A stretch of 35,115 nt of DNA from a virus (Duplodnaviria; Caudoviricetes): positions 1 through 35,115 of IMG/VR virus record IMGVR_UViG_3300046057_000054. One strand, 5' to 3'. The notes under the pieces were generated by a model. That model saw only the letters and a program-made list of their open reading frames with translations, had not been told where the DNA came from and ran no database searches. Each line of letters opens with the position of its first letter. Within the stretch, counting starts at the first letter, position 1. Shown here in pieces: positions 7,128 to 15,728 of the stretch. A program made the translations under genes and the position numbers.

Positions 7128-8876
7128 CTACGGTTGCTGGGAGGCGGCGGGGACTTGTTCGGCGGCGATTTCTTTTTCGAGGAGAGCGAGGCGATCGTCG
7201 AGCTGGGGACGCGTGGCGCCGGTCTCGATGAGCTCGGCGAAGAGGGGCTCGGCCTCTTTGTAGTTGGAACCGAGGGCTTCGAGGCGGCGGGCGACGTACT
7301 TCTTGGCTTCGTTCTCGGGCAGCACCTCCGGCTCGGGCTGCACGTCGAGCTCGCCCGTGGCCGTGCGGCCGTCGTCGTCGGGGGCCGCTTCGGGGCCGGG
7401 CGCGAAGGGGCCGCTCGGACGGATGACGCTGGGGCGCGGAAGCACGTCGGGCATTTCGAGGGTGCCGGCGGAGAGTTCGTCGTAGAGGTCCCTCGTGCCC
7501 TGCCGGTCGTCCTGGAGGATGTGGCCGACGGGGCGCGAGAGGTCCACCTGGTCGGCGAGCTTGTCGCTTATCGTGTCCTCCTGGAGGGTATCGTAGTCGC
7601 CGCGGCGGGCCGGGGCGTAGGGCGTCAGCGCGAAGGCGTCGGCGTGCACCTTGTCCGCCAGGCGACCCTTGTAGCGCTCCGACGCGAGGGAGCGCATGAC
7701 GCGCACCTCGTCGCCGACGGCGATGGGGGTGCCGCCGGGCGTGTGCTGCGGCACCTGGAGCTTCTGCCCATCCACCGAGACGATCCCCTCGCGGTGCACG
7801 GTGCGCGTCTCCACGTCGTAGGCCAGGGCGGTCAGGTCGACGCCGTCGAGGGTGCGGGCGTGGCCGGGCAGGCTGGCGCTGTACATCTGCTCGCGCGTGC
7901 AGCGGCGGTGCGTGGGGTGCGGCTGGCGGGCCTCGCGGGTGAGGTGCTCGTGGAGCAGTGCGTTCAGCTCGGGAAGCGTGATGGTCCACCCTTCGGGCTT
8001 TTCGAGGGCGAGCGGCAGTTCCCACCGCTGCCAGAGGCTGCGGAAGGCGCGCTCGACCTTGCCCTGCGCGTGCTTCGAGAAGCCCCCCGCCAGGTCGATC
8101 GAGCAGTCCGCCAGGGCGCGCCGCGAGGCTTCCGCGTCGAAGGCGCCGGCGTCGGTCTGGAGCGTCTCGGGGGCGTAGCGCAGGGCGTGCTCGTCCTTCT
8201 CGCGGGAAAAGGCCCAGGTGAGGAAGTTGAGCCCCAGGCGCGGGTCCTCGCCGGTGGTGGCGAAGATGTGCCCCAGCGTCATCCGGCTGTGGTCGTCGAC
8301 CAGGAGGGCGATCCACGCGCGGAAGTTGCCCTGCGGCTCTTTGTAGCTCATCGAGCGGCGCGTCGTCTTGAGCAGGTACTCGCCCTGGTCGTTTTCGTCG
8401 AAGACCTGGAAGGCCTTCAGGCGGGAGAAGTCCAGCAGGTAGACTTCGGTGGCGTAGGCGGCCTCGAAGCGCGTGACGCGGCCTTCGCGCCGGTAGCCCA
8501 TTTCCTCCCGCGCGATGCGGTTGATCTGGCTGGCGCTGTATTCGGTGGCGTCCTCCCAGCCCTTGCGCTGGAGGATGCGCTGCGCCTCTTCGGTGGAGAT
8601 TTCGCGCTCCTGGTCGACGCGGCCCACCTGCTTGCCGCGCTCCTTGAGGCGCAGGACGGCGCGCACCAGCTCGCGCGGGACGCTCCGCTTGCGCCCGCCG
8701 CCGCTTTTCTGCTTGCCGCGCAGCGCCTGGAGGCGGCGGTGCAGCGTGCTGGTGGAGACGCCCAGATCGGCGGCGTAGTCGTCCATGACGCCGCCTTTGG
8801 AGAGGCCGCGCTCCTTGGCGGACTCGACGTCGCGCAGGAGGCGTTGCATGGTCTGGCGGGGAATGTCCTGGGCCAC
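7128..8876 (-). CDS. MuA-like DDE transposase
   Basis: N-terminal HTH (AADLGVSTSTLHRRL), candidate DDE triad YLLDFS / LQTDAG / GKVERAF, and C-terminal RTVHREGIVSVDG barrel. Confidence 0.9.
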   Translation of the reverse strand: MAQDIPRQTMQRLLRDVESAKERGLSKGGVMDDYAADLGVSTSTLHRRLQALRGKQKSGGGRKRSVPRELVRAVLRLKERGKQVGRVDQEREISTEEAQRILQRKGWEDATEYSASQINRIAREEMGYRREGRVTRFEAAYATEVYLLDFSRLKAFQVFDENDQGEYLLKTTRRSMSYKEPQGNFRAWIALLVDDHSRMTLGHIFATTGEDPRLGLNFLTWAFSREKDEHALRYAPETLQTDAGAFDAEASRRALADCSIDLAGGFSKHAQGKVERAFRSLWQRWELPLALEKPEGWTITLPELNALLHEHLTREARQPHPTHRRCTREQMYSASLPGHARTLDGVDLTALAYDVETRTVHREGIVSVDGQKLQVPQHTPGGTPIAVGDEVRVMRSLASERYKGRLADKVHADAFALTPYAPARRGDYDTLQEDTISDKLADQVDLSRPVGHILQDDRQGTRDLYDELSAGTLEMPDVLPRPSVIRPSGPFAPGPEAAPDDDGRTATGELDVQPEPEVLPENEAKKYVARRLEALGSNYKEAEPLFAELIETGATRPQLDDRLALLEKEIAAEQVPAASQQP

Positions 8877-8925
8877 GGGGGGGCGGCATGAGGGTGAAAG
8901 GAGGCGCGGGAGAGGCCGAAAACGG

Positions 8926-9405
8926 TCAGGCCGCCACGAGCTTGCGCAGGGCGGTGATGCCGTCGCTGGCTTGGCCTTTGGTGAGGGCGCCGGGGTTTTT
9001 GCGCTCCCCCACGGTGCGCTCGATGAAGCCCCGCAGCCGCTCGGCGTTGGTGTGCCAGTCGAGCTCCCATTCGAGGCGGGCCAGCTCGTCGGCCTGCTTC
9101 TGGGTGAGCCCTCCGCGCGCGTCGTAGCGGCCTTCCCAGGGGCGCCCGTAGCCGGTGGGGACGGGGCGCTCGCCTGCTTCGGCCCCCGCGCCCGCGAGGG
9201 AGCGCTTGAGGCGCAGGAGCGCCTGGATGGCGTTGTTGGCCTCCTGGCGCGTGAGGTCGAGCGTAGAGGGGCGCGACGGGTCGCTCCAGTCCTTGCCGGG
9301 GAACGTCTCCCAGAGAAAGGAGCGGTAGCTGTCGTCCCCGCCGGGCAGGTACTGGCTCGCCAGCGAGCGGAGCGTCTTGGTTTGTTCGTTGCTTATCTGG
9401 GCCAT
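8926..9405 (-). CDS. GemA/DUF1018-like regulatory protein
   Basis: STLDLTRQEANNAIQAL...LRGFIERTVG....LTKGQASDGITALRKL. Confidence 0.7.
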   Translation of the reverse strand: MAQISNEQTKTLRSLASQYLPGGDDSYRSFLWETFPGKDWSDPSRPSTLDLTRQEANNAIQALLRLKRSLAGAGAEAGERPVPTGYGRPWEGRYDARGGLTQKQADELARLEWELDWHTNAERLRGFIERTVGERKNPGALTKGQASDGITALRKLVAA

Positions 9406-9422
9406 CGGGCCGGGGGGTAGGG

Positions 9423-9623
9423 TTAGAGGCGGATGGTGCGCATCCAGTCGCGCACGGTGCGCGGATGGACGGCGAAGACGTAGGCGGCGCGGCGGGGGCC
9501 GATCTTGTAGGCGAGGGCCACGCAGGAGCGGCGCGCCTCGGGAGGCACCTTGTAGCGGCCCCAGCGCCGCAGCGGAGAGATGTGCTCGGCGAAGTAGCTG
9601 ATTTCGGGGATGACGTCTGGCAT
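9423..9623 (-). CDS. Small HTH protein
   Basis: GPRRAAYVFAVHPRTVRDW. Confidence 0.6.
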   Translation of the reverse strand: MPDVIPEISYFAEHISPLRRWGRYKVPPEARRSCVALAYKIGPRRAAYVFAVHPRTVRDWMRTIRL

Positions 9624-9660
9624 GGGGACGGGCGGGGTGGAGTGAGAGCGGAGGCAGGCG

Positions 9661-10623
9661 CTAAAGCTCGCCGGTGCGGTCGGGGCTGAGCAGGACCTCG
9701 TGCAGCTCGTCCTGGGCGACGTAGCCGAGGCGCTCGCAGTGGGCGGCGATGTCGGCGGCGCGGTCCTGGTCGGGCGTGGGGTCTTCGGGGGTCACGTTGA
9801 TCTTCTGCATCAGCTTGGTCGCCTCGCGCAGGTGCTCCTCCAGGCGCTCCATCTTGGCGCGCTTGTCTTCGAGGCGGGCCGCAGGCGGACCCCAGGTGTC
9901 CTCCAGCGCCTCGGCGGCTTCGATCTTTTCTTGCTTCTCGTCGAGCTCCTCGGCGAGGGCGTCGCGCTCGGCCTCGGCCTTGAGGCGGCGTTCCTTCTCG
10001 GCTTCGGCTTTGTCTTTGTGCGGCTGGAGCACCTCGGCGACCTGCCGAGAGACTTCTTTGGCGGTCATCTCGTCGATCTCCGCGCGGGTGATCGTCTCGC
10101 CGCCGGGGGTGGTGAACTCCTCCCCCTCCACGAAGGCGCGCAGGCGGTCGTCGCCCAGGTCGCCCAGCGCGTCGAGCTTGCCGTTCGATAGGCCGTCGAG
10201 CGCCGGCGGGATCGGGGCCTCGCCTTCCGCGTCGCCCTCAGACGGGCCGGTTTTGAGCGCCTGGAGCGGGTTCGTGTGTAAATTTGTCACAGCTTCGGGC
10301 GAGAACGCCTCCGGGAGAAAGGGGGCGAAGCGCTCGATGCGGTTAATGTGACGGTAGGCGCTGCGGCGCGTCATCGGGGCCTGCGTTTCGCAGTAGTCCT
10401 TGAAGCTGCGGCAGCCGAGGGCGAGGTAGGCTTCTTCGTCGCGGATGGCTTTGAGGGCGAGGCCGGTGACGAGCGTGCCCATCTGCACCCACTCGTGGAG
10501 CGTCTGGGCGTATTCCTGCTCGTCGGGGGGGATTTCGACGAAGCGGTCGTTCTCTTCGTCGTAGATCTCGGCCGGCGGTTCGGGGAGGGTCGATTCCATG
10601 GGGTGGTGGTGATCGTCGCTCAT
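9661..10623 (-). CDS. DUF3102-like Mu-type early protein
   Basis: GLALKAIRD...Y..LG..SFKDYC.....TRRSAYRHI plus an acidic coiled coil. Confidence 0.6.
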   Translation of the reverse strand: MSDDHHHPMESTLPEPPAEIYDEENDRFVEIPPDEQEYAQTLHEWVQMGTLVTGLALKAIRDEEAYLALGCRSFKDYCETQAPMTRRSAYRHINRIERFAPFLPEAFSPEAVTNLHTNPLQALKTGPSEGDAEGEAPIPPALDGLSNGKLDALGDLGDDRLRAFVEGEEFTTPGGETITRAEIDEMTAKEVSRQVAEVLQPHKDKAEAEKERRLKAEAERDALAEELDEKQEKIEAAEALEDTWGPPAARLEDKRAKMERLEEHLREATKLMQKINVTPEDPTPDQDRAADIAAHCERLGYVAQDELHEVLLSPDRTGEL

Positions 10624-10687
10624 CGGCGGGAAGGGGAGTTGGGCTTGAGGATGCGGGCCAGTGGGGCCCTTCGGGAAAGGCACGGAG

Positions 10688-11209
10688 TCAGGAGGCGGCT
10701 TCGGCGGGGGCGTCGTCGCGTTGCTTCTGGGCCTCTTCGGCGCGGGCCTCGTCGGCGCGGACCCACCCGCAGGCGCGCATCTGGTCTTCGTCGAGGGCGC
10801 GGACGGCGGCGTGCGGGCGGCGCGCGGCAATGATGGGTTCGGGGCCGAGGGCTTCGCGCAGGGCGTCGGCTAGGACGTTGCCGCGCTCTTTGTCGGCGCT
10901 CCGAACGAGGTAGAATGGCGCGCCCGGCTCGACGCCGAAGGCTTCGAGGACGCCGGGGTCGTCCTCGCTCGCTTCGTTGCCGGCGGTGAGGCCGGAGATG
11001 GAGACCTCGCGGACGGCGAGGCCGAGGTCGTCGCCGCCCTCCACGGCGATGCAGTCGCGGGCGGGGAGGGTGTCCTGGCGGTCCTCGCGGTCGGTCTGGA
11101 GGACGACCTGGCCGCCCTCGACGCGCTCCACGCGGCGCAGGGTGGCGAGGCGCTTGCCGTTGGGCAGGGCGGTGACGAGGATGAGCTGTTTGCCGGCGGC
11201 GTCGGGCAT
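10688..11209 (-). CDS. Hypothetical protein
   Basis: MPDAAGKQLILV... Acidic, operon-consistent ORF. Confidence 0.65.
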   Translation of the reverse strand: MPDAAGKQLILVTALPNGKRLATLRRVERVEGGQVVLQTDREDRQDTLPARDCIAVEGGDDLGLAVREVSISGLTAGNEASEDDPGVLEAFGVEPGAPFYLVRSADKERGNVLADALREALGPEPIIAARRPHAAVRALDEDQMRACGWVRADEARAEEAQKQRDDAPAEAAS

Positions 11210-11226
11210 GGCGGGCGTGGGAGTGG

Positions 11227-11517
11227 TTAGGGCGCGGTCGTCTGGGGCTGGCCCTCGGCGAAGTGGGCGGCGACGGCCTGGCGGGAGCGGCCGAAGAGGT
11301 AGGCGATGCGGGCGTCGGAGCAGCCGCAGTTTTTGTAGGTCTGCCACAGGACGCTGCGCTCGTCGGGCGTGCCGATCAGGGGGTTGTCGTAGAGGGCGAG
11401 GTCGCGCTCCTCGGCGACGCGGCGGGCGGTGCGCTCCGAGCAGCCGAGGCGGGCGGCGATGCGGGCGGCGGGGAAGCCCAGTTCGATCATCGCTTCGATC
11501 CGGTCGTGGTCGTGCAT
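11227..11517 (-). CDS. Double-HTH protein
   Basis: ARIAARLGCSERTARR and ARIAYLFGRSRQAV. Confidence 0.7.
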   Translation of the reverse strand: MHDHDRIEAMIELGFPAARIAARLGCSERTARRVAEERDLALYDNPLIGTPDERSVLWQTYKNCGCSDARIAYLFGRSRQAVAAHFAEGQPQTTAP

Positions 11518-11531
11518 GGAGGGTTTGGGGT

Positions 11532-11762
11532 TCAGGGGTCGGTGGGGGCGCGGCAGATGGGGCGGCCCCGCAGGTCGAGGATGAGGGCGTGGGTCCCGTC
11601 CTGCTCGGCGGGAACGACGCGCACCAGGCGGCTCTGCCAGTCGCGCAGGGCGGGGGCGTCGTAGCACGTGCCTCGGAAGTGGACGCCCTGCCGGGTGACG
11701 AGGCGCACGTTGATGTAGCGGCGGGGGCGCTTCGGGTCGGGACGCAGGGGGATGCGGCGCAT
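11532..11762 (-). CDS. Stand-alone Mu transposase C-terminal-like domain (76 aa)
   Basis: RLVTRQGVHFRGTCYDAPAL....RLVRV.....THALILDLRGRPICRA. Confidence 0.6.
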   Translation of the reverse strand: MRRIPLRPDPKRPRRYINVRLVTRQGVHFRGTCYDAPALRDWQSRLVRVVPAEQDGTHALILDLRGRPICRAPTDP

Positions 11763-11798
11763 GGTCTGAGGTGTGGGGTTTGAGGGTTTGGGCGTGCG

Positions 11799-11824
11799 GG
11801 GCGACCACGGGGGGGCGCCCGTAC
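11799..11824. repeat. REP-like GC hairpin
   Basis: GGGCGACCACGGGGGGGCGCCCGTAC; related copies at 15687, 16174 and 20654. Confidence 0.65.
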
Positions 11825-11825
11825 G

Positions 11826-12230
11826 TCAGAGGCGGTCGCGTTCGGCTTTGACGCGGTCCCAGAGTTCTTCGCCCTTGCCGATCAGCTCGCTCATTTTGTC
11901 GCGGTCGCCCTCGCGCTGCGCGTCGATGAGGGCGCCCATGAGGGACTGGAAGTCGGTGGCCTCGTCGTCGATGACGCCGTTGGCACGGGCTTCCCCGCGC
12001 GGGCAGACTTCGTACTCTGCGCTCAGGAGCAGGCCGGCCAGCTCGTTGTGGCCGCGGCGCGAGCAGTAGCGCGCGATGCGCTTGGTCACGTCGAAGGGGC
12101 AGTGCTTGCCGTCAGCGTAGCCGTAGATGGTTTTCTCGGCGCGGTCGGCGGCGTCGGCCAGCTCGGCCACGGTGAAAAGCTCGGCGTAGAGGTAGTAGGT
12201 GAGAACCTCGGAGAGAGTATTCGCAGTCAT
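11826..12230 (-). CDS. CII-like regulator with N-terminal HTH
   Basis: TVAELADAADRAEKTIYGY, helical C-terminus; second gene of the early operon. Confidence 0.6.
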   Translation of the reverse strand: MTANTLSEVLTYYLYAELFTVAELADAADRAEKTIYGYADGKHCPFDVTKRIARYCSRRGHNELAGLLLSAEYEVCPRGEARANGVIDDEATDFQSLMGALIDAQREGDRDKMSELIGKGEELWDRVKAERDRL

Positions 12231-12324
12231 TGTCGCTTGAGGGGGTGAGAGGGAGTGTGTAGGTTGGGGCGTGAATCGGAAATGCCCCGGGTCTGCTGTT
12301 GAGAGTGGAGCGAAGGCGAGGGGG

Positions 12325-12576
12325 CTACGTGGCTTGCTGGAGGCGGTGCTTGTTGTCGCGGTGGCGCTCGATTACGCCTTCGACGTAGCGTAGGTAGAAG
12401 CGGCAGACGGCCCGCTCGACGCGGCGCGAATCCCGCTCGCCGGCGAACCACTGGTAGAGGAAGCGGCGGCTCACGCCGGCTTCCTGCCGCGCGAACGCTT
12501 CCATCGTGATTCCTGCGTGTTGGAGCGCGCCTTTGAAAAGGGCCAAATCGGGCGAGCGGGGGCTGTTTTTGTCCAT
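12325..12576 (-). CDS. Cro/Ner-like repressor
   Basis: ITMEAFARQEAGVSRRFLYQWFAGERDS; divergent from cI. Alternative start at 12591. Confidence 0.75.
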   Translation of the reverse strand: MDKNSPRSPDLALFKGALQHAGITMEAFARQEAGVSRRFLYQWFAGERDSRRVERAVCRFYLRYVEGVIERHRDNKHRLQQAT

Positions 12577-12617
12577 CGCGTTTGCTATCATATCGAGCGT
12601 GTTCACATGCGAGAACC

Positions 12618-12646
12618 ATCTTACCAAGAAAATGAGAAAGTGTCAA
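12618..12646 (-). promoter_or_regulatory. Early (lytic) sigma70-type promoter
   Basis: Minus strand TTGACA-17 nt-TAAGAT. The dyad TCTT-ACC-AAGA at 12619..12629 overlaps the -10. Confidence 0.75.
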
Positions 12647-13434
12647 GCGAATCGGCCAAAAAATTAGGATTAGGCTCCAGGATTGCTCGAATACGCGAGC
12701 AGGAGGGTATGTCTCAAACGGAAATAGCTAATAAATTTGGGGTTTCGCAGCAGTCGTGGGCCAACTATGAGCAGGAAAACACTAAACCCCGAGCTGATTT
12801 GCTCGAAGAATTAGTTTCCTCCTACCAATTATCTGCGCGGTGGCTTTTGCTCGGCGAAGGCTCGATGCGCCGGGACGAAGTGGAGGAGGCGCAGCCGAGC
12901 GACGGGGCAACGACGGTGCAGAAGCGCCCCCAGCAGCGCGTCGAGCTCCCGCAGGCCGACCCGATGGAGCGCCGCCGGCCCAACGCGCTCAAGGAGGTGC
13001 CCCTGGCGCCGGAGGACATCGAGGAGGCGCACTTCGTGCCGTACTTCGACGCGCCGGTGGGGGCCGGCTCGGCGGGCGGCAACGCCCAGCTCGTCGAGCC
13101 GCAGAGCTACGTGGCCTTCCGGGCAGAATGGCTGCGCGACCACCTGCGCATCCCGCCGGCGCGGGCGTTCGTGGCCGAGGTCTCTGGCATTTCGATGCGG
13201 GGCCTGCTGGACGACCGCGACCTGGTTATCGGCGAGTTTGTCGAGGAAATCCCGCGGCAGGACCTGTGCGTGGTCGCCTACGACGACGACCTGTTGGTGA
13301 AGCACCTGGAGCGCGAGCCGGACGGGGAGATTCGGCTGCGCTCGGAGAACGACAGCTACTCCGACATCCTCGTCGAGCCGGGGATTCCGTTTTACTTCGT
13401 CGGCTGCGTGCGGGGGCACGTGAGCCGGGTTTGA
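12640..13434 (+). CDS. CI-like repressor (XRE HTH + S24 peptidase)
   Basis: RIARIREQEGMSQTEIANKFGVSQQSWANYE; VGAG cleavage site, GISM serine and LVKHL lysine. Start is uncertain (GTG 12640 or ATG 12607). Confidence 0.9.
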   Translation: MSSESAKKLGLGSRIARIREQEGMSQTEIANKFGVSQQSWANYEQENTKPRADLLEELVSSYQLSARWLLLGEGSMRRDEVEEAQPSDGATTVQKRPQQRVELPQADPMERRRPNALKEVPLAPEDIEEAHFVPYFDAPVGAGSAGGNAQLVEPQSYVAFRAEWLRDHLRIPPARAFVAEVSGISMRGLLDDRDLVIGEFVEEIPRQDLCVVAYDDDLLVKHLEREPDGEIRLRSENDSYSDILVEPGIPFYFVGCVRGHVSRV

Positions 13435-13467
13435 ATCGCGTGGGCACGGCGCGCCGTGCCCCTACTT
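13426..13467. repeat. Direct repeat copy 1 with GTAG-type REP-like palindrome
   Basis: CGGGTTTGAATCGCGTGGGCACGGCGCGCCGTGCCCCTACTT, containing a perfect 20-bp palindrome at 13442..13461. Confidence 0.85.
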
Positions 13468-13492
13468 TTCATTCAATCGACGACCCGCTACT

Positions 13493-13957
13493 GTGAGACG
13501 CTTTTTTGCTCCGCTCTGGCTCGTCCCGCTTCTTTTGGCAGCGGGGGGCTGCGCAAACACGGTCAACAACATCGAGGGATACAGCCTGACGTCCTCGCTG
13601 GACTTCACGGAGTATGCGGAGGAGGGCTTCTTGATCACACCCGAGGGGTACGAGGGGGAGTACCAGTCGCGGGGTCTGCTGCGAATCTCGATGCAGCCGT
13701 CGGCGGCCCGCATCGAAGGCAACCCTGAAACCGTCAACGCCCCGGAGGGCAACTACGTGCAGGACGGGTGGATGGTAGAGCGGCTGACGACCGAGCAGGT
13801 CGTGAAGCGTCTCCACCAGCAGGCCCAGGGTATGGGCGCGGATGCGATTGTGCGAGTCGATATTGCCCGTAAAGAGGTGTCGCACTCTGTGGGCCCCACA
13901 GAGCGCGTGTTCTTGCCGCAGTACGAGGTGAGCGGGTTTGCGATCAAGCGGCAGTAG
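13493..13957 (+). CDS. Moron lipoprotein, YbjQ-like fold
   Basis: Signal peptide ending LLLAAGGC; AQGMGADAIV...VSGFAIK. Confidence 0.75.
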   Translation: MRRFFAPLWLVPLLLAAGGCANTVNNIEGYSLTSSLDFTEYAEEGFLITPEGYEGEYQSRGLLRISMQPSAARIEGNPETVNAPEGNYVQDGWMVERLTTEQVVKRLHQQAQGMGADAIVRVDIARKEVSHSVGPTERVFLPQYEVSGFAIKRQ

Positions 13958-14008
13958 AGGAGGTCTGCCGGGGCTACGCCTCGTCGCCGCGGCGGTCGGG
14001 GCGGGAGA

Positions 14009-14051
14009 CGGGTTTGAATCGCGTGGGCACACCGGCGGTGTACCCCTACTT
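14009..14051. repeat. Direct repeat copy 2
   Basis: CGGGTTTGAATCGCGTGGGCACACCGGCGGTGTACCCCTACTT. The first 22 nt are identical to copy 1. Confidence 0.85.
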
Positions 14052-14068
14052 CTCACACTACTGGCGAG

Positions 14069-14980
14069 ATGGCGCCTATGCGACTACTTATCGCAATACT
14101 TCCTTTCGCTCTACTCCTTGCCGAAACGACCAGCGCGCAAAGTCTCCAGAGTCTGAAAGCGAAGCAGGAAAGTCTGAAAGCTGAGCGCGAGAAGCACCAA
14201 AAAGCGCAGAAGCGTCACCAAAGAGAGGTGAAGCGTCTCACCGAAGAAATCGAAGTGATGCGCTTGCGTATCGCCGATGCGGAGTACAGAGACGCGGAAT
14301 CCGCAGAAGTAAAAGTCCTCACGGAATCCGGTGTGGACCTGCACGCGGAGCCGAGTGTGCGGGCTGAGGTGGTGACGAAGCTGCCCAAAGGCACCCATGA
14401 GGCAATAGACCACAATGGAGTTTACTTCAAGGTGCGCCACGACGGGCGTGTCGGATGGGTGTCCGACAACTACGTGAGCGAGAGTCCATCGGCCAAGGCT
14501 ATGATGAGAGAAGCAGAGCGCAAGCGTGAAGCGGAGGAAGCCGCAGAGGTCACAGAGGAAGAGCGTAGGCTTGAGGACTTGCGGGCCCAGGGCTACGGCA
14601 TCGAACTCAACGACTTCGACTTCCGAACCAACAGCGCCGGGGGCGTGTCGCCGATTGTCCGTCTGACCAATATCGACCAGTCCAGCGCGTTAAAGTACGT
14701 CTGGTTTACCCTACGGCCGTACAACGGAGTCGGCGACCCGGTTAAGGGCCGCACGCGCAACCGAGATACGAGGACAATGAGGGCAACTGGTCCGGTGTAC
14801 CCTGGGGATCAAGACAGGATGGGCTTTAAAAACGCTTGGTACAACGGGAGGATCGAATGCATCGAGATCCGCAAGATTCGCGTGCTGCGAATGGACGGAT
14901 CGCAGTTCACCTACGTCAACGACTTGGCAGACATTTCCACTCACGCGGAGGATATTAATCTTCGAGGCGATTGCCAATGA
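14069..14980 (+). CDS. Secreted moron protein (signal peptide, coiled coil, SH3b-like domain)
   Basis: MRLLIAILPFALLLAETTSAQ; LHAEPS...VVTKLPKG...YFKVRHDGRVGWVSDNYV; visibly lower GC. Confidence 0.75.
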   Translation: MAPMRLLIAILPFALLLAETTSAQSLQSLKAKQESLKAEREKHQKAQKRHQREVKRLTEEIEVMRLRIADAEYRDAESAEVKVLTESGVDLHAEPSVRAEVVTKLPKGTHEAIDHNGVYFKVRHDGRVGWVSDNYVSESPSAKAMMREAERKREAEEAAEVTEEERRLEDLRAQGYGIELNDFDFRTNSAGGVSPIVRLTNIDQSSALKYVWFTLRPYNGVGDPVKGRTRNRDTRTMRATGPVYPGDQDRMGFKNAWYNGRIECIEIRKIRVLRMDGSQFTYVNDLADISTHAEDINLRGDCQ

Positions 14981-15033
14981 AACGCGACCTCGACCTGTAT
15001 CGGACGCTGCTGCTGGAGCTTTCAAAAGTGTAG
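14977..15033 (+). pseudogene. 18-codon remnant resembling a DUF2513 N-terminus
   Basis: MKRDLDLYRTLLLELSKV*, ATGA-coupled to the upstream gene and ending 1 nt before the convergent gpG-like stop. Confidence 0.55.
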
Positions 15034-15034
15034 G

Positions 15035-15643
15035 TCAGTCGTTGAGCCCCTCCTCGATCTCGTCTTCGAGGTCGTCGAGAATGGTTTCGGCCTCCGTGTC
15101 CGTCAGGCCGATGAACTTGCGCACGACCTGGCTCTTCCCGGCCCCGAGGCGGTCGTGGTAGTTGGCCAGCTGGATCGCTTCCGCCGGGGAGAGGCCCTCG
15201 ATGTAGCCGACTTCCATCTGGAGGTCCCCGCCGGGCTCCCGGGCGGCCTGCGCGCGCATCCCGGCCAGCATCTGGCCGGTGTCCATCAGGTCCACGCGGG
15301 CGGTCTGGAGACCCTTCATCTCGCGGAGCTGTTTGTAGCCCCCCTCGAAGGTCATCCAGAGGTCCTCGTCCTTGGTGAAGTAGGAGGCCACGCCGCTGCC
15401 CTCCTTCTCGGCGGCGTCGTGGACCTTCTGCGGGAGGCCGCCGGCGGGGCGGGCGAACGGCTCGGTGGAGTACGACTCGGCGCCGGGGCTGGAGCCGGGC
15501 AAAAACTCCCCGCGCGCGACGCGGGTTTTGATGGTGTACTCGATGCGCGCCAGCGTGCGGGCCACGTCGACGCTGCGCAGGGCGGAGCGGAGCGCCCCGG
15601 CGAGGCTGGTGTTGAGGTCTTCCCTGACGTCGACGTCGAGCAT
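15035..15643 (-). CDS. Mu gpG-like virion morphogenesis protein
   Basis: VDLMDTGQML...ANYHD..G.....RKFIGLTDTE. Confidence 0.7.
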   Translation of the reverse strand: MLDVDVREDLNTSLAGALRSALRSVDVARTLARIEYTIKTRVARGEFLPGSSPGAESYSTEPFARPAGGLPQKVHDAAEKEGSGVASYFTKDEDLWMTFEGGYKQLREMKGLQTARVDLMDTGQMLAGMRAQAAREPGGDLQMEVGYIEGLSPAEAIQLANYHDRLGAGKSQVVRKFIGLTDTEAETILDDLEDEIEEGLND

Positions 15644-15686
15644 GGCGGTGCGGGGGGGCTTCTGGTGGGGCGCGCTTGCGTCGGGA

Positions 15687-15712
15687 GGCGACCACGGGGG
15701 GGTCGCCCGTGC
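15687..15712. repeat. REP-like GC hairpin
   Basis: GGCGACCACGGGGGGGTCGCCCGTGC. Confidence 0.65.
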
Positions 15713-15728
15713 CTGCGGGAGTGGGAGA

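Noticed and set aside
7021-8889. 955-aa ORF suggesting a transposase-ATPase fusion or a giant protein
   Set aside because: The upstream part is an Arg/Pro-rich off-frame shadow of the transposase. The ATPase has its own ATG at 7020 and I saw no convincing slippery site.
13426-14051. Repeat pair as CRISPR array or integron attC
   Set aside because: Only two copies separated by a whole gene. No integrase is present and there is no convincing RYYYAAC/GTTRRRY bracket.
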